Of a DNA stretch of 64,000 bases, positions 30,633-47,048 are shown piece after piece. A program made the translations under genes and the position numbers. How positions within the stretch are numbered: position 1 is the stretch's first letter; each line of letters starts with the position of its first letter. Below the pieces are notes generated by a model. That model searched no databases. It saw nothing but the letters and a program-made list of their open reading frames with translations, and was not told where the DNA came from. Source of the DNA: Chrysomallon squamiferum (Eukaryota > Animalia > Mollusca). The DNA is taken from assembly GCA_012295275.1 (NCBI GenBank), contig CM022670.1, positions 4,278,001-4,342,000 of the forward strand, written 5' to 3'.

Positions 30633-33600
30633 CTTTTGAGATTTAGAATAAACTGTTGCCAAAGAATGAAGGTACTAACTTTAAAATACTTACAATGACG
30701 AATCCAAAATAATGAAAGGGGGAGTCGATAATTGTGGTGGTTCAACTTCTAAGTGCTATATAAAATAAATTATTTTAAAGTGTAACCGAACATATGCTAT
30801 TATTATTTCCAAGCAAGTTAATGATACATTGAAATGATTGATAATTTAGTTAACTATATTCAAATTTTATAATTGTTTTCTTAATATTTATTTATTATTC
30901 CATTTTTGTAATAAGATCTTAAAATGTCATATACTGATACACTTATATGATATAATCTTCTTATAAAATTTGTTTTGAATAAAACAAGTGACAATTTAAT
31001 AAGATAATAATTAAAAAAAAAAATAATAATAATAATAATTTTAAAAAATGACCAAAAATCAATAATAAAAAACCATTTCTGATCACTGTATTTCACTGAA
31101 TAATACATGCATAGATCATTGTCAAGAATTACATCCATGATATTTAATCAGAAAAAGTTAGCACCACTAAATGAAAACAAAATCTGTTGTCTTGAATTTA
31201 TGGTAGACAATGTAATTTTCATTTAAAATTTTTATTTACATGAACCAATTTTTATAAAATAATATCAGTTTTACACTGACATTAAAATAAATAAATAAAT
31301 AAATAAAAGTAATAATAAATAAATAAAATAATACTGCTTCAGTTTCTTATTTTTACTAACACCCAACCATAACCTATTCATTCAAAAGTTATGCTAGAAG
31401 TACAGTAATACTGCACAAGTACTTATTATAAAATATACCTAAACATGACCTACTTACTTGATAAGTATTCTAGAACCAGGATATAACAATAAATAATGAT
31501 TACTTTTATTTGTGACTGTGGCTCATTAATCTTTGTATACAAATTCTGTGGATGGAAAAATCAATAAGAACTCCTTTCAAATGTCTGCATTAAACATCAT
31601 AATATCTATTCATGAAAATAATTAAAAACAAATATGATCTATAAATGCATGTAAATGCAAGAAAAATCATTAAATTTATATTTGTGTATGGATGAACAGT
31701 GTATTCAGAACAATGCTAAGACAATATTTCAGAGGCACATCCAATATTTATGAAAATCAGATGCCATGAAATGAATTCCCATGAATAAAATTTGGGATGA
31801 TAAAGATTAATTGCAGCATACCACTGCTGACTCTTTCAGCTTTGCTTCCAATTTATTATATATAATCTTTCTTCCTTTTCCTTTTTCTCCCCCTTGAATA
31901 CTGGTTTTTGTTTGTTTTGCTTTTTTAATTTATATACTTCTGTTTTCACATGATGCTGTTGCACTGATTCATTTTGGCAACCATATTTTCAGATGTGTCG
32001 TCTTCCAAAAATAAAAATATTAATAAATTTAAAGATAGAGTAATATTGCATCAGATCAAATCTTTTTAAGTATATTATCATCAAATATGTTAATACTAAT
32101 ACCATGGTTACTTTCATCAGAATAAAATAACTGTTATTTATTTTTATTTTTTTTAAATGAACATTTGTAAAAACATATTTTTTAATTTAAAACAAATTTA
32201 ATTATTGATTCTTTGAAAACATGTCTGGAATCGTTATTTCAGGCAATTATAAGAACATGAACAAACTCAAAATTATACAGTTCTTTTGTTTGACATCACA
32301 AAAGTCAATAACAGAAATTTGATTAGTGTTTTTGTTAAAGTAGAAAAATATCCTTTGTATAGAAATTAGAATTGATCTTCGTTATGTCTCATATTTACTT
32401 TTTTATGTTATTCTTAATAACATCTGTAGCATTTCTTATAAACACATGGAATCAAACTAAAAGAAACCAATCATATAAAATTTTATGAAATAAATATTAC
32501 AAATATAATGTTTGTTTTTTTAAATTTATAAATTTTTATCTTCTGCTTACATTACTGGTAATTATCAGTTAAGATTTTTGTAAGCATTTTCATAAAAATA
32601 GAAATTAAGAAATAATTATTTTAATGTTATGTTATTAAAACTGATGTATTTTTCTGAAATGATGTTTTGAGAGAGGAAAGATACTGACCCTCAGTTAATA
32701 TCAAGCAATATTTACCTGTATATTTACATACATAACAAAAACATATAATGAAATGTTGATAAATGATAAGTCAGTCCTAGAGCACTGGATGGAACAAGAA
32801 CAAACTTTTAATGCACACTGTGGAGAGTTGGCTCTGTGAGCCATAATTTCTCAGCCCAGCATTCTAAACATTGATCTATAGCCTATTTTGTAATCAAATT
32901 GAGAATTAATAAATTATTAAATAACAAATTCTAAATTTTCATTTGCATCATACCATATATATATGAATAAATACATAAAGATAAGTGGCTTTTATTAACC
33001 AAAGTGCCATGTATATAATCATGCCATAAATTAAAAATAATTTAAAAACATAATTATGATTATTATTTTTTTTTTTTTTGTCTTTGTTCAGATAAAAATA
33101 TAGCAGATTATCATCTCACTTCATTTAACTGAACATTAAATATGTATTTGCTCTCTGATTGCCATGTTTTAATGATTAAGGTACCCATTTTATATTTTTT
33201 CTTTTTGTTGTTATTATTTGTTGGTGTGACTCAGCAAAAGTATTTGATAGTTCACTAACTTAGTTAATGAGACCATCCATTAAAATGATAATCACCATCA
33301 AATATATTCATGAAATATGTATAGTAATGTATTTTATACACACAAGAGACATTCTGAATAGAACCTGTTTTTGTAGAGTCATGCTACACAAAACAGAGCC
33401 TGATATGACTACGGTGAAAATATGATAGTAATGTATATAAAATACAAGTTCATGAAGTGCTTTTTGGTTGAAAATAAAAAGTACTAATGAAAGAATTAAA
33501 AAAAAAATAACCTTTTCTGACACATATACATTTAAAAAAGACACTGTAGAAGGGAGAAAAACCCCACCCAAAAGCATTAAAATATTTTCTATCATGGTAA

Positions 33601-36600
33601 AAACATTAAAATGAGGTTAAGAAATATTTAATGCAAGATCATTTCTGAAGCTGAAATAATTTGACAAAATTTGATGTTAAATCAATTTCAGCTCAGTGGA
33701 CACATGAAGGTTTGATCCTGTGACCCACAGAACCCCAAGCACGTTCTGTAACGCAGAGCTGCAACTCACAGCATGTACTCTTAAATGTCAGTGTTACGTA
33801 TTTCTATGTTTTGACCTGACCCTTTTGTTACACCATCCTAAACATCATAGTCCTGCTCTTCAGGTGTGCAGACAGCGAAAAAAGTTTTTTTTTTTTTTTT
33901 TACTTGTAACTGTATCTCTGGTTAAGAACGCATCTTTTTGTTGCCATTTCAACCAATTTAACCCAGTAACTTAACACGTAGCTAATGCTCTCACATTTTA
34001 ATGTTATTCTTTTACAGAACTGACAGAATGCAGAGAAATGGGGAGGTGGGATATTTTTTGTGTGAAAATCAAAAAGAACTTAAGAATCACTGGCACAGTT
34101 CACATATTTTAATACATTTTTCAGTCATTTGTAAGCAAGTTATGTAATAAATGGATTTTCTCAAAAGGATTTAAAATAAACTTGTTCAAAAAAAAAAAAA
34201 AAAAAAAAAAAAATTTATAGTCAGTTAAACACATTCTTTGCATATATACAATGTAAAATATGCTCTGCTGTGGGCTGCACTCCCTAAGTCTCATTGTTGT
34301 TTTTTTTGTGTTTTTTTTTTGAGGTCCTGACAGTCTGCACGTAAAAAATGACTTGACAGTAATAAATCTGTTACTGGCAGCTCTTACTGATTACTGAAAG
34401 AAGAGTAGTTTTTCTTTAATAACAGTTATTTGAGGGTGTTTGTGTCAGTGGTGGTGGTTTTTCTTTTTTAAGAAAAAAGAAATTTATACTTATTTTGCCC
34501 TAAATAACCTAGTGCTAGGAACGCAAGTGAATAAAAAAGCATGACTTTTTATGGTTTGCTATAAATTCTTTATTATTTATAGTTTTGAAACAATGGGACA
34601 GGGAAATATGGTTCATAATGGTTTAGAACTGCGTTCCCAAAATGGTGACAATATGTTAAGGACAGTTTAATCATAAATATTGTATACAGACACACACAAA
34701 GACACACAAAAACACGTAGTCATACAGAATGCAATTAGATACGTGTATGTGCATACCTACACCTGTGAGGTTCAGGCTACTGTGTTTTTCTGCACGTTTC
34801 CTTTTTAAAATATTCACTCCTTAATAAGCCATAAAACTTCTTAATAGTAGTGGGATAATTTAAAACCCCAGGGGTAGATCCAGAACCTTTCAGGGGATCA
34901 GGCAGTGCTGACAACTCATTTACCAGTGTTATAAGTAGTTAATGAATTATTTTATTTTATTTAATAAAAAATAGATGAGTGTCTGTGTCTCTGTGACTGT
35001 AAAAAAAAACAATCCAAAAACAACAATATAAGGATATATTAATTGTTTACCTTCTGTAGATCCGTAACAGGTTTTTTTTCTATAATTGATCTTGTAAATA
35101 ATATCTGTACTTTGATTTTAAATGTAAATATGGCAGTGCTAACCAATTTCAAACTTTATATTTTCATAATGTTACATCAATATAAATGAACAAAAACACA
35201 CATGTATGCATACAGACGTTTAATAATTGTTTGTATATGTTAAACTGTCCAAAAACTTTAAGATAACTTTTCAGATAAAGAATTTTCCGCCTGTTCATAC
35301 AGATCTCTCTAAAACAAATTTGAAAATTTTTGATTGTGATGGTTGTTGTTATATTGTTGTTGTTATATTTTTATTATATTTGTTTCTATTTTACATAAAT
35401 ATTTTTACCTTTGCAGTGGTGGATGAGGTTACGAGCCCCGGTATCGGGAACTTCGACGAGCTATTAATCGGCAGTTCTCATCCGGGAATGTTATAGTAGA
35501 GGGTCGCGTTGGTCGCCCAAGTGAGCCATTATACATATCTACTAAACATACATAACATTTAATTCAATACATTTGACAAGTACCATCTGTTGAATGTATA
35601 AATCTGTCTATTGCATCTAATTATAAACCAGGGTATTGAAAGCCATTTGCATGTGTTGGAGTTACACCTGCAGTTTTATAAAAAAATATTTACTTATTTT
35701 CAAACACAATAAAGTCATTTTAATGGTCATTATTTGCAGTAAACAGATAATTCAGTCAGGACATGTATCAGCTGTCACTGTTTACAGTCAGATGGAAAAG
35801 AGTGGCTATTGCTAACAGTAGTTTTCCAATTTGTTTATTTCTAGCAGTTTCATATTAGGTAATAATAGTTTATATTTGTAGCCAAAGTGACATTTCTTAG
35901 GTTTGTTATAACCCAGAATATCAGTTCTAATATTCATTTGAGTACCAAATAAAGCTTCTGAGGTACTGAGGGTCAGATTTTTGTTAACATATAAGTACAT
36001 TAGATTTTATTACAATGACCACACAAAGAAACAGAACTTGAAAAATTATATTTGGTAACACACAGGGCTTAAATAGGCAGCTAATCTTTGTAAAACAATT
36101 GAGGCTTTAGTATTCCTTGCATTGAGTTGAATAACTGAGTGTTAAAGATCCAGATTGAGTTTTGTCAAGTATCTCTGTAATGCATATCAATATATTTGAA
36201 TAAAACTAAAGAAATGCAGCCTACATCCAGAATGTAAAGATAATCAGTGACAGTAACATTATAAAATTTGAAAGAAAAAAAGAAGCCAAATCAAGATACT
36301 TGTTGAATAGAATTTGATCCTGATGACAATACATATTTGTAAAGACAAAAAATACATATTTGTTTTGTTTTTTCCAGCCTCTTTTGAGGTGACGATTAAT
36401 GACAAACTCGTCTTTTCAAAACTGCAGCTTCATGGCTTTCCTAGGGAAGAGGATGTAAGTTTTACACACCCTTTAATTTTTTATCTTATTTTTATATAAT
36501 TACAAATAACCATTTATTACTTGCCTCTGGGCACCTGAGTAATAATGCATTATTCCTTAAATTTATATTTTATGTAAATGTGTATTATTAGGTGTTTGTT

Positions 36601-36953
36601 GAAAATATATTTTCCACATCTTAAATGGCATATCTGTTTCACACATATACATGCATATGGACCATTCACACATTTTATAGCATATTCAGAAAATTACTAA
36701 TCATGAATTTCTGTCATCAGTCATGGAGAAATAGATAATTAATTGTTGTTGTATTAGAAATTTATTTTATTATGGTTTGTGAGAAAGAGAGAGACACACA
36801 CACAGACATTGTACAATAACTTAGGCTATTATTGATTTTTGAATATTATTATTTTTATTGTTACAGATCCTTGAAGCCATCAGTCAAGCAGAAAGTGGTA
36901 ATGAGTGCAAAATAATAGAAACAGCCCAGTCACCTGGCTGCATGATTATGTAG
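30330..36953 (+). CDS. MIEN1: MIEN1/SelW2-like Rdx-family selenoprotein (99 aa, 4 exons), CxxU motif and C-terminal CaaX
   Basis: Exons 30330-30361, 35417-35520, 36378-36454 and 36867-36953 are all GT-AG with matching phases. Translation: MAHVKVDIEYCGGUGYEPRYRELRRAINRQFSSGNVIVEGRVGRPTSFEVTINDKLVFSKLQLHGFPREEDILEAISQAESGNECKIIETAQSPGCMIM*. IEYCxxU, SFEV, LVFSK and GFP are Rdx hallmarks, and the terminal CaaX is typical of MIEN1. A SECIS lies downstream. Confidence 0.93.
33690..33770 (-). mobile_element. Degenerate SINE 5' head in MIEN1 intron 1
   Basis: catgaaggtttgatcctgtgacccacagaacc...gcagagctgcaactc resembles an antisense tRNA-like head. Confidence 0.35.
35417..35520 (+). CDS. MIEN1: MIEN1-like exon 2 containing the Sec codon TGA at 35424-35426
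   Basis: ttgcag|T GGT GGA TGA GGT TAC GAG CCC CGG ... CCA A|gtgagc. Confidence 0.92.
36378..36454 (+). CDS. MIEN1: MIEN1-like exon 3 (TSFEVTINDKLVFSKLQLHGFPREED)
   Basis: tttccag| ... |gtaagt; Rdx-conserved FEV...LVFSK...GFP. Confidence 0.93.
36867..36953 (+). CDS. MIEN1: MIEN1-like terminal exon ending GCMIM*
   Basis: ttacag|ATC...TGC ATG ATT ATG TAG; CaaX prenylation motif. Confidence 0.9.
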   Translation: MLEAISQAESGNECKIIETAQSPGCMIM

Positions 36954-37316
36954 TTTGAAATCCTCTGTGCACTCTTTATCATGAAATCCATTCATGTCTT
37001 GCTTACAATAACTTTTTTTTTTTTAAATTTTAAAACAAGTTTTAAAATGAAATAGATTTCCATAAAGTTGATGTGTTCCAGCCGTTTTTAATTCTTAAAT
37101 ATTTTTCAGTATATAACATAGTAATGCTTGATTTCAGATATATTTTTGGGGTATTTTAAATGAAATTTTACTGGTCTGTAATAGGCAGATGAAGATACAA
37201 CAAGACTAAACATAAAAGAAAATTAAAAATTATTTAAAGAAATTCATTGCAAGCAGGACTGATGGGTGATTTCAAGTCTTGTAGATCCACTTGATAAAAA
37301 GTTGCTTGTTTTCAAT

Positions 37317-37394
37317 GTCAGAACGTCTTGTTTATGATGGTGTTTGAATAAAACTTAGTACTCAAATGCTGGATGTTTTTAAGAACATTCTGAC
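37317..37394 (+). promoter_or_regulatory. SECIS element in the selenoprotein 3'UTR
   Basis: Helix I gtcagaa/ttctgac; core ATGAT (37334-37338) / GGAT (37371-37374); helix II ggtgtttga/tcaaatgct; AAAA 12 nt after ATGA. Fits the eukaryotic AUGA-N11-12-AA-N18-27-GA pattern, about 360 nt after the stop. Confidence 0.88.
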
Positions 37395-39708
37395 CATGGA
37401 AATGACCATCTTTTAACAAGTCATCTGCCAGACTTAATTATGCCATACATAATTCATGTATTTTATAAAACATACAATCTATGGTTAAAGAACTGGTGAT
37501 ATTTTAACATTTTTTAAAAATTGCAATTTCTTTTGTGTAAATTATTTATTTACTTGTACTTGCATTCTTGTTTTGAAATGCATTTTGTTTTACATTGACA
37601 GGGTTGTAACTTGCATTTTAGAAAAGAAAACTTTGAAGATTTTTTTTTTTTTTTTTAAATGTTTACAACCATGTAAAAATCAATTTTAAAAACTTTTTTT
37701 TTTTTTTTAAATCCACTCATTACTCTGTTGTGAAAGGGATTTTTAATACAGTAAAGATTAATATACAAACTTTGTATAATTACATGGATTTAGTTTTGTT
37801 TTTATTTAGATATTTTCTCAATTTTCAGCTGTAACTGGAAACTATTCAAACAATTTTATGTTCTGTCAAAGTTAATCTTTCTTCTAGGAGATGCAGAAAA
37901 ATATGTGAATCTTGTAATATTCAGACTTTCTGTAAAATGTAAACCACAATTTAATTTTTTATTATTTGGTTAATTATTTAAATAATAACAATAGAAATTT
38001 TTAGGAGTTCTCAATTTAATTTTTATTGTATTGTTGGTAGTCAGTTTAAAATGTAACCATATTATAAAATTTGTTTGTTCACTTCATCATTTTTAGTTTT
38101 TATGCAAGTAGAATGTGATAAAATATACCTGTAACATTGAATTTACATTTCAAAAAATTATTTTTTAATTGTAATAGTTAATGTGTTGATTTTTATCATT
38201 ATTCTATTTTTGTGGTTTATTTATTTTTACAAGGATTAATGTTTAGCTAATTTTCTTGAAACTTCTGATCTCATTTGGTGTCTCCTTTCACCATTTTATA
38301 CATTAACATTTTTTTCTTTCTAAAAATTCATTAGCATTCTAATTTGATCTGTTTGTGTGGATGATTTAATGGTTTCATTTTTTTGATGTGCCTTCCTTTA
38401 ATATTTTAAAAACAAAACCAAAAATTAAATAAAACTTGACACTAAATCTTGACACTAAATCTTTAAAAATTAATTGAATTTTAGAATAAAAATAAATTTA
38501 AATAATCTAGCATGGTTGTAACTATATGGAAGTCTAACAAGTGTAAACCTCATCCATACCTTAAAAGTGAACTCATGAATTGGAAAAGCATCATCATCAA
38601 AATGTATTTTGCTTTTGTGAAAAGAAAAAAACTCTTATTCTCATACATGTTGTAAAAATTATGTAATATTTATGTATTTGATATTAAAGATATTAAACAG
38701 AACAAATTTGCCACAACATACAGGGCTTTTCATTTTATTTCAGTGCATTGAAATCTTAAAATATAGATTATACAAAAAGGTCTTGCTTGGTTTGGTCATT
38801 AAATTTTATAAACAGTTTCAATTATTTAATATTTTTAGCGTACCCAGTGTAAAACAAGTATAGAATAATGGCTTCAGATATGTTAATTGAAAATAGCCTA
38901 ATCGATATTCAAGATTTGATTTGATAGCCAATGAGTACCCTACAAATAGTTATCAAGGCATAGTGTTTCCTGGAGTAAGGCTGATGCGCATACAAATCTA
39001 TACTTCTATGCTCTCAAAGAAAAAAGTATCACAAGTCTGAAATTCAACAGCTGATGATAAATAAAATAAAGAGATACAAAAAATAATAAACCAGTAACTG
39101 ATTTGTTGTCTTTTAATTATTTAATGTCAATAATATATATGAACTGTTAATGTACAGTTCAGTTTACAGTCAGCTGAATATACTCTCAGAAACCATTTCA
39201 GTTATCTTTAACTGTTGTAATTTTAAAATTATAACTATTCCAAAGTTACAAACAATTTTTACAAAATAGCAAGTACTTCTTATTACCTGTTAATGATGAT
39301 AAAACATTATAATTTGGATAAACCACAACTCAATAATGAAACTCCTCTACTATAAACATCAGAAGTATATAACAGTACTAGACTCCAGTGTGTATGATAT
39401 TATCTCTGTTTGCTATGCATTTAACTAATATGAAATTACATGAATTTTATTCAATAACTCTCAAACTTTTAAATAAATCTATTAACTTTGTATATTTTAC
39501 AGTCTGTCAAATAATATTTACCATCTTTCATGAATGAAAAATAGTTAGAACAAAAATAATAAAATATGTTTATGTTTAAATCTAGTTTTCTTCTGTTTTC
39601 AATAAATAGTTACCTGTATTTTTAACATCAATAACTTTTTTAAGTTAAAAACAATCTCTTTGCTACTAGAATATAGTAGCCCTCTGAAATTATTTAAAAC
39701 TGCAATAA

Positions 39709-44637
<4,929 letters not shown>

Positions 44638-44710
44638 TACTATGAATTATTCTTGCTGCTTATATATCAAAACAGTTGAGTAAATTATGGTTATTTGATA
44701 ATGACAACTT

Positions 44711-44778
44711 TCACGTGTGATGGTGAAGTGGAACCGGAAACATAAACAGCACTGCGCATGTTCAGTGTTGGTTCCGGT
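44711..44778. promoter_or_regulatory. Candidate bidirectional promoter core of ZNF330 and the RhoGAP
   Basis: The ATGs are 471 bp apart, head-to-head. E-box CACGTG 44712-44717, ETS-like ACCGGAA 44733-44739 and inverted TTCCGGT 44772-44778, NRF1-like TGCGCATG 44753-44760. Confidence 0.65.
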
Positions 44779-45108
44779 GTATTCATATGTAATATATGCC
44801 GATAAACAGATACTTGTTATAAATATATCTGAAACAATTAAGTGTTAAAGTGACAAATTTTTATTGTTATAAATATTTCATATCCTGATACTAATTAACT
44901 AATATTTAAAATATGTTTTGGGGTTCTTAATTATAGTTTTATATTCAAATGTTATTTTAAAATTGTATTTCTAATGTCGATGTAGTAAGTAGTTCGTCCA
45001 TAATTCGTCCATATTTAGAAAGAAAAAAGATGAAATCTACAAGTGTGTAAACTCATGGCAAACACTTTTAATATTTTTGCTGAATCTTGTTGCTACCTAT
45101 CCACATAG

Positions 45109-45262
45109 ATGGGTCTGCAACCTTTAGAATTTGCTGACTGTTTGACAGACAGTCCTTATTTTCGCGAAAAGCTGCACGAGCATGAGCGAGAACTCGAGAG
45201 GACTAGCAAGTCGATTAAAAACCTCGTTCAACATGGAAAACAAGTGTTCGATGCCGCTAAAC
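45109..45262 (+). CDS. ARHGAP26: RhoGAP exon 1 (MGLQPLEFADCLTDSPYFREKLHEHERELERTSKSIKNLVQHGKQVFDAAK)
   Basis: 154 nt, donor C|gtatgt; GRAF N-terminal signature. Confidence 0.94.
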
Positions 45263-47011
45263 GTATGTAAAATGTATTTATTTCATTAAATTTTAATTGT
45301 GGGTGCATAATATACTGATAAAAATTGTATTTTTAGTTTATTATTAATTTAGTGCACATTAAAACGTAATTATTATTCTGGATAAAGATTTAATCACAAA
45401 TGACAAATCATTAAATGTCTGATCTGTCATTTTGATTTTGAATGAAATGGGGGAAAAAGAGGTCACATAAAATGATAAACAAACTGAAAACTATAAATAT
45501 TAAACAGATATTCTCACGGTTCCAGTGTATTTTATACAGTTATCCAATACAACTTACTGTTGTGTTATTTAATGCATCATGTTAGTTGATATATAATTAC
45601 AGATTTACTAATTTTTAATGGAATTAATATAATTTAGATAGCTATAAAAGTATAAAATATAAATAGATTTTAACATCTTCAGCAACTGAATGAAACATAA
45701 TTTTTTGATAATAAAAATAATCTTAATCTTCTACTGGGTATTTTAAGTACCTAGTGTGGCACATTTAACCAGTAAATTTATAGTTCATACACATTTTGAT
45801 ATTGACAAATATTAGCTGCTGTATCAGTAAGAGTATGGCTGAAATATGAAGTGACAAAGCATAACAAAATAATATAGCCTTAATATCAGTCAGATGTTGA
45901 TAACATAACATCACATATATACTGCACCAGGTTTTTATTTTTTTCTAATTAAGAAAAAGAAGAAAAATAATTGTTTAATATCTTGAATTTATAAATATTT
46001 CTTCTGTAACTTGATACATTTCTTAGTTCTAACTTTACTACCTGTCAAAGATTAGATGTATTATTAGTAAATATAAAACTACTGTTTTAATTTAGCCTGG
46101 TTTACCACAGACTACAGTATTTGCATAGAAATATGATTCATTGTTAGTGTTAATGAACTAACTGAAAATATACCATACATCAGTACTTTTAGCTTCATTT
46201 GTGGGTGTTATTATTATGATTCCTATTTTGTTTAATGTATTTTCATTACATTACTGACAGCAATTAGGATCAGCAATTTGTCCAGTTTGTTTACATTTTA
46301 AGCAGATATCATTTTAAAATAATTGATAATTTACTTGATGTATTATTTATTCCTAAACACTTTTCATAGGTTAAAAAACAGCTTTAACTAAGATCAAATA
46401 GATGTCTTCTTTTTCTTCTTCTTTTAAAATTTAATTTTTAATTTTAATTTTAATTTTATATAACAACTAAAATAACTGATTTTAAATATATCCAGTTTTA
46501 CAACAAAATAAATCACAGTCAACATTTAGTAATAACACCTGATTAATTATAACACTGAACTGTTCACACCAGAATGTTTTAGTTTAAATATATCATACCA
46601 TACATAAACAGATTTGAAATACAGAAAAATAAATAATAACAAAATTTTAAAAAGTTGTTTCTTTCTTGTATCTAAAATATTTTCAAGAGACACCTTACTG
46701 TTGTTTGTTATAAATTGGTAATTTAATATCTGCAATTTTAACAACAACAACAAAACAAAAAACAAAAAAAAAGACACAATAAAGAACCATCCATGCATGT
46801 ACCATTAGTTACTAATACTCAACAGTGTATCTTCCTGCAATTTAATGTTTTATTAATAGTCTTATGAATGAGAAAAATGTTTAAGCAATTTGCATATAAA
46901 TATATAATAATAAGAATTAAAAATTAAATTAATGTTATTAAAAACTCTGACCTTTAAATTGACATAGTCATTTTAAATGACTGTCAGAAGGAGAAAATAA
47001 CTTCTAATAAG

Positions 47012-47048
<37 letters not shown>

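Noticed and set aside
35227-35496. 89-aa ORF overlapping the Sec exon in another frame
   Set aside because: Mostly intronic low-complexity sequence; the UGA-containing frame is the one matching the Rdx family and the splice phases
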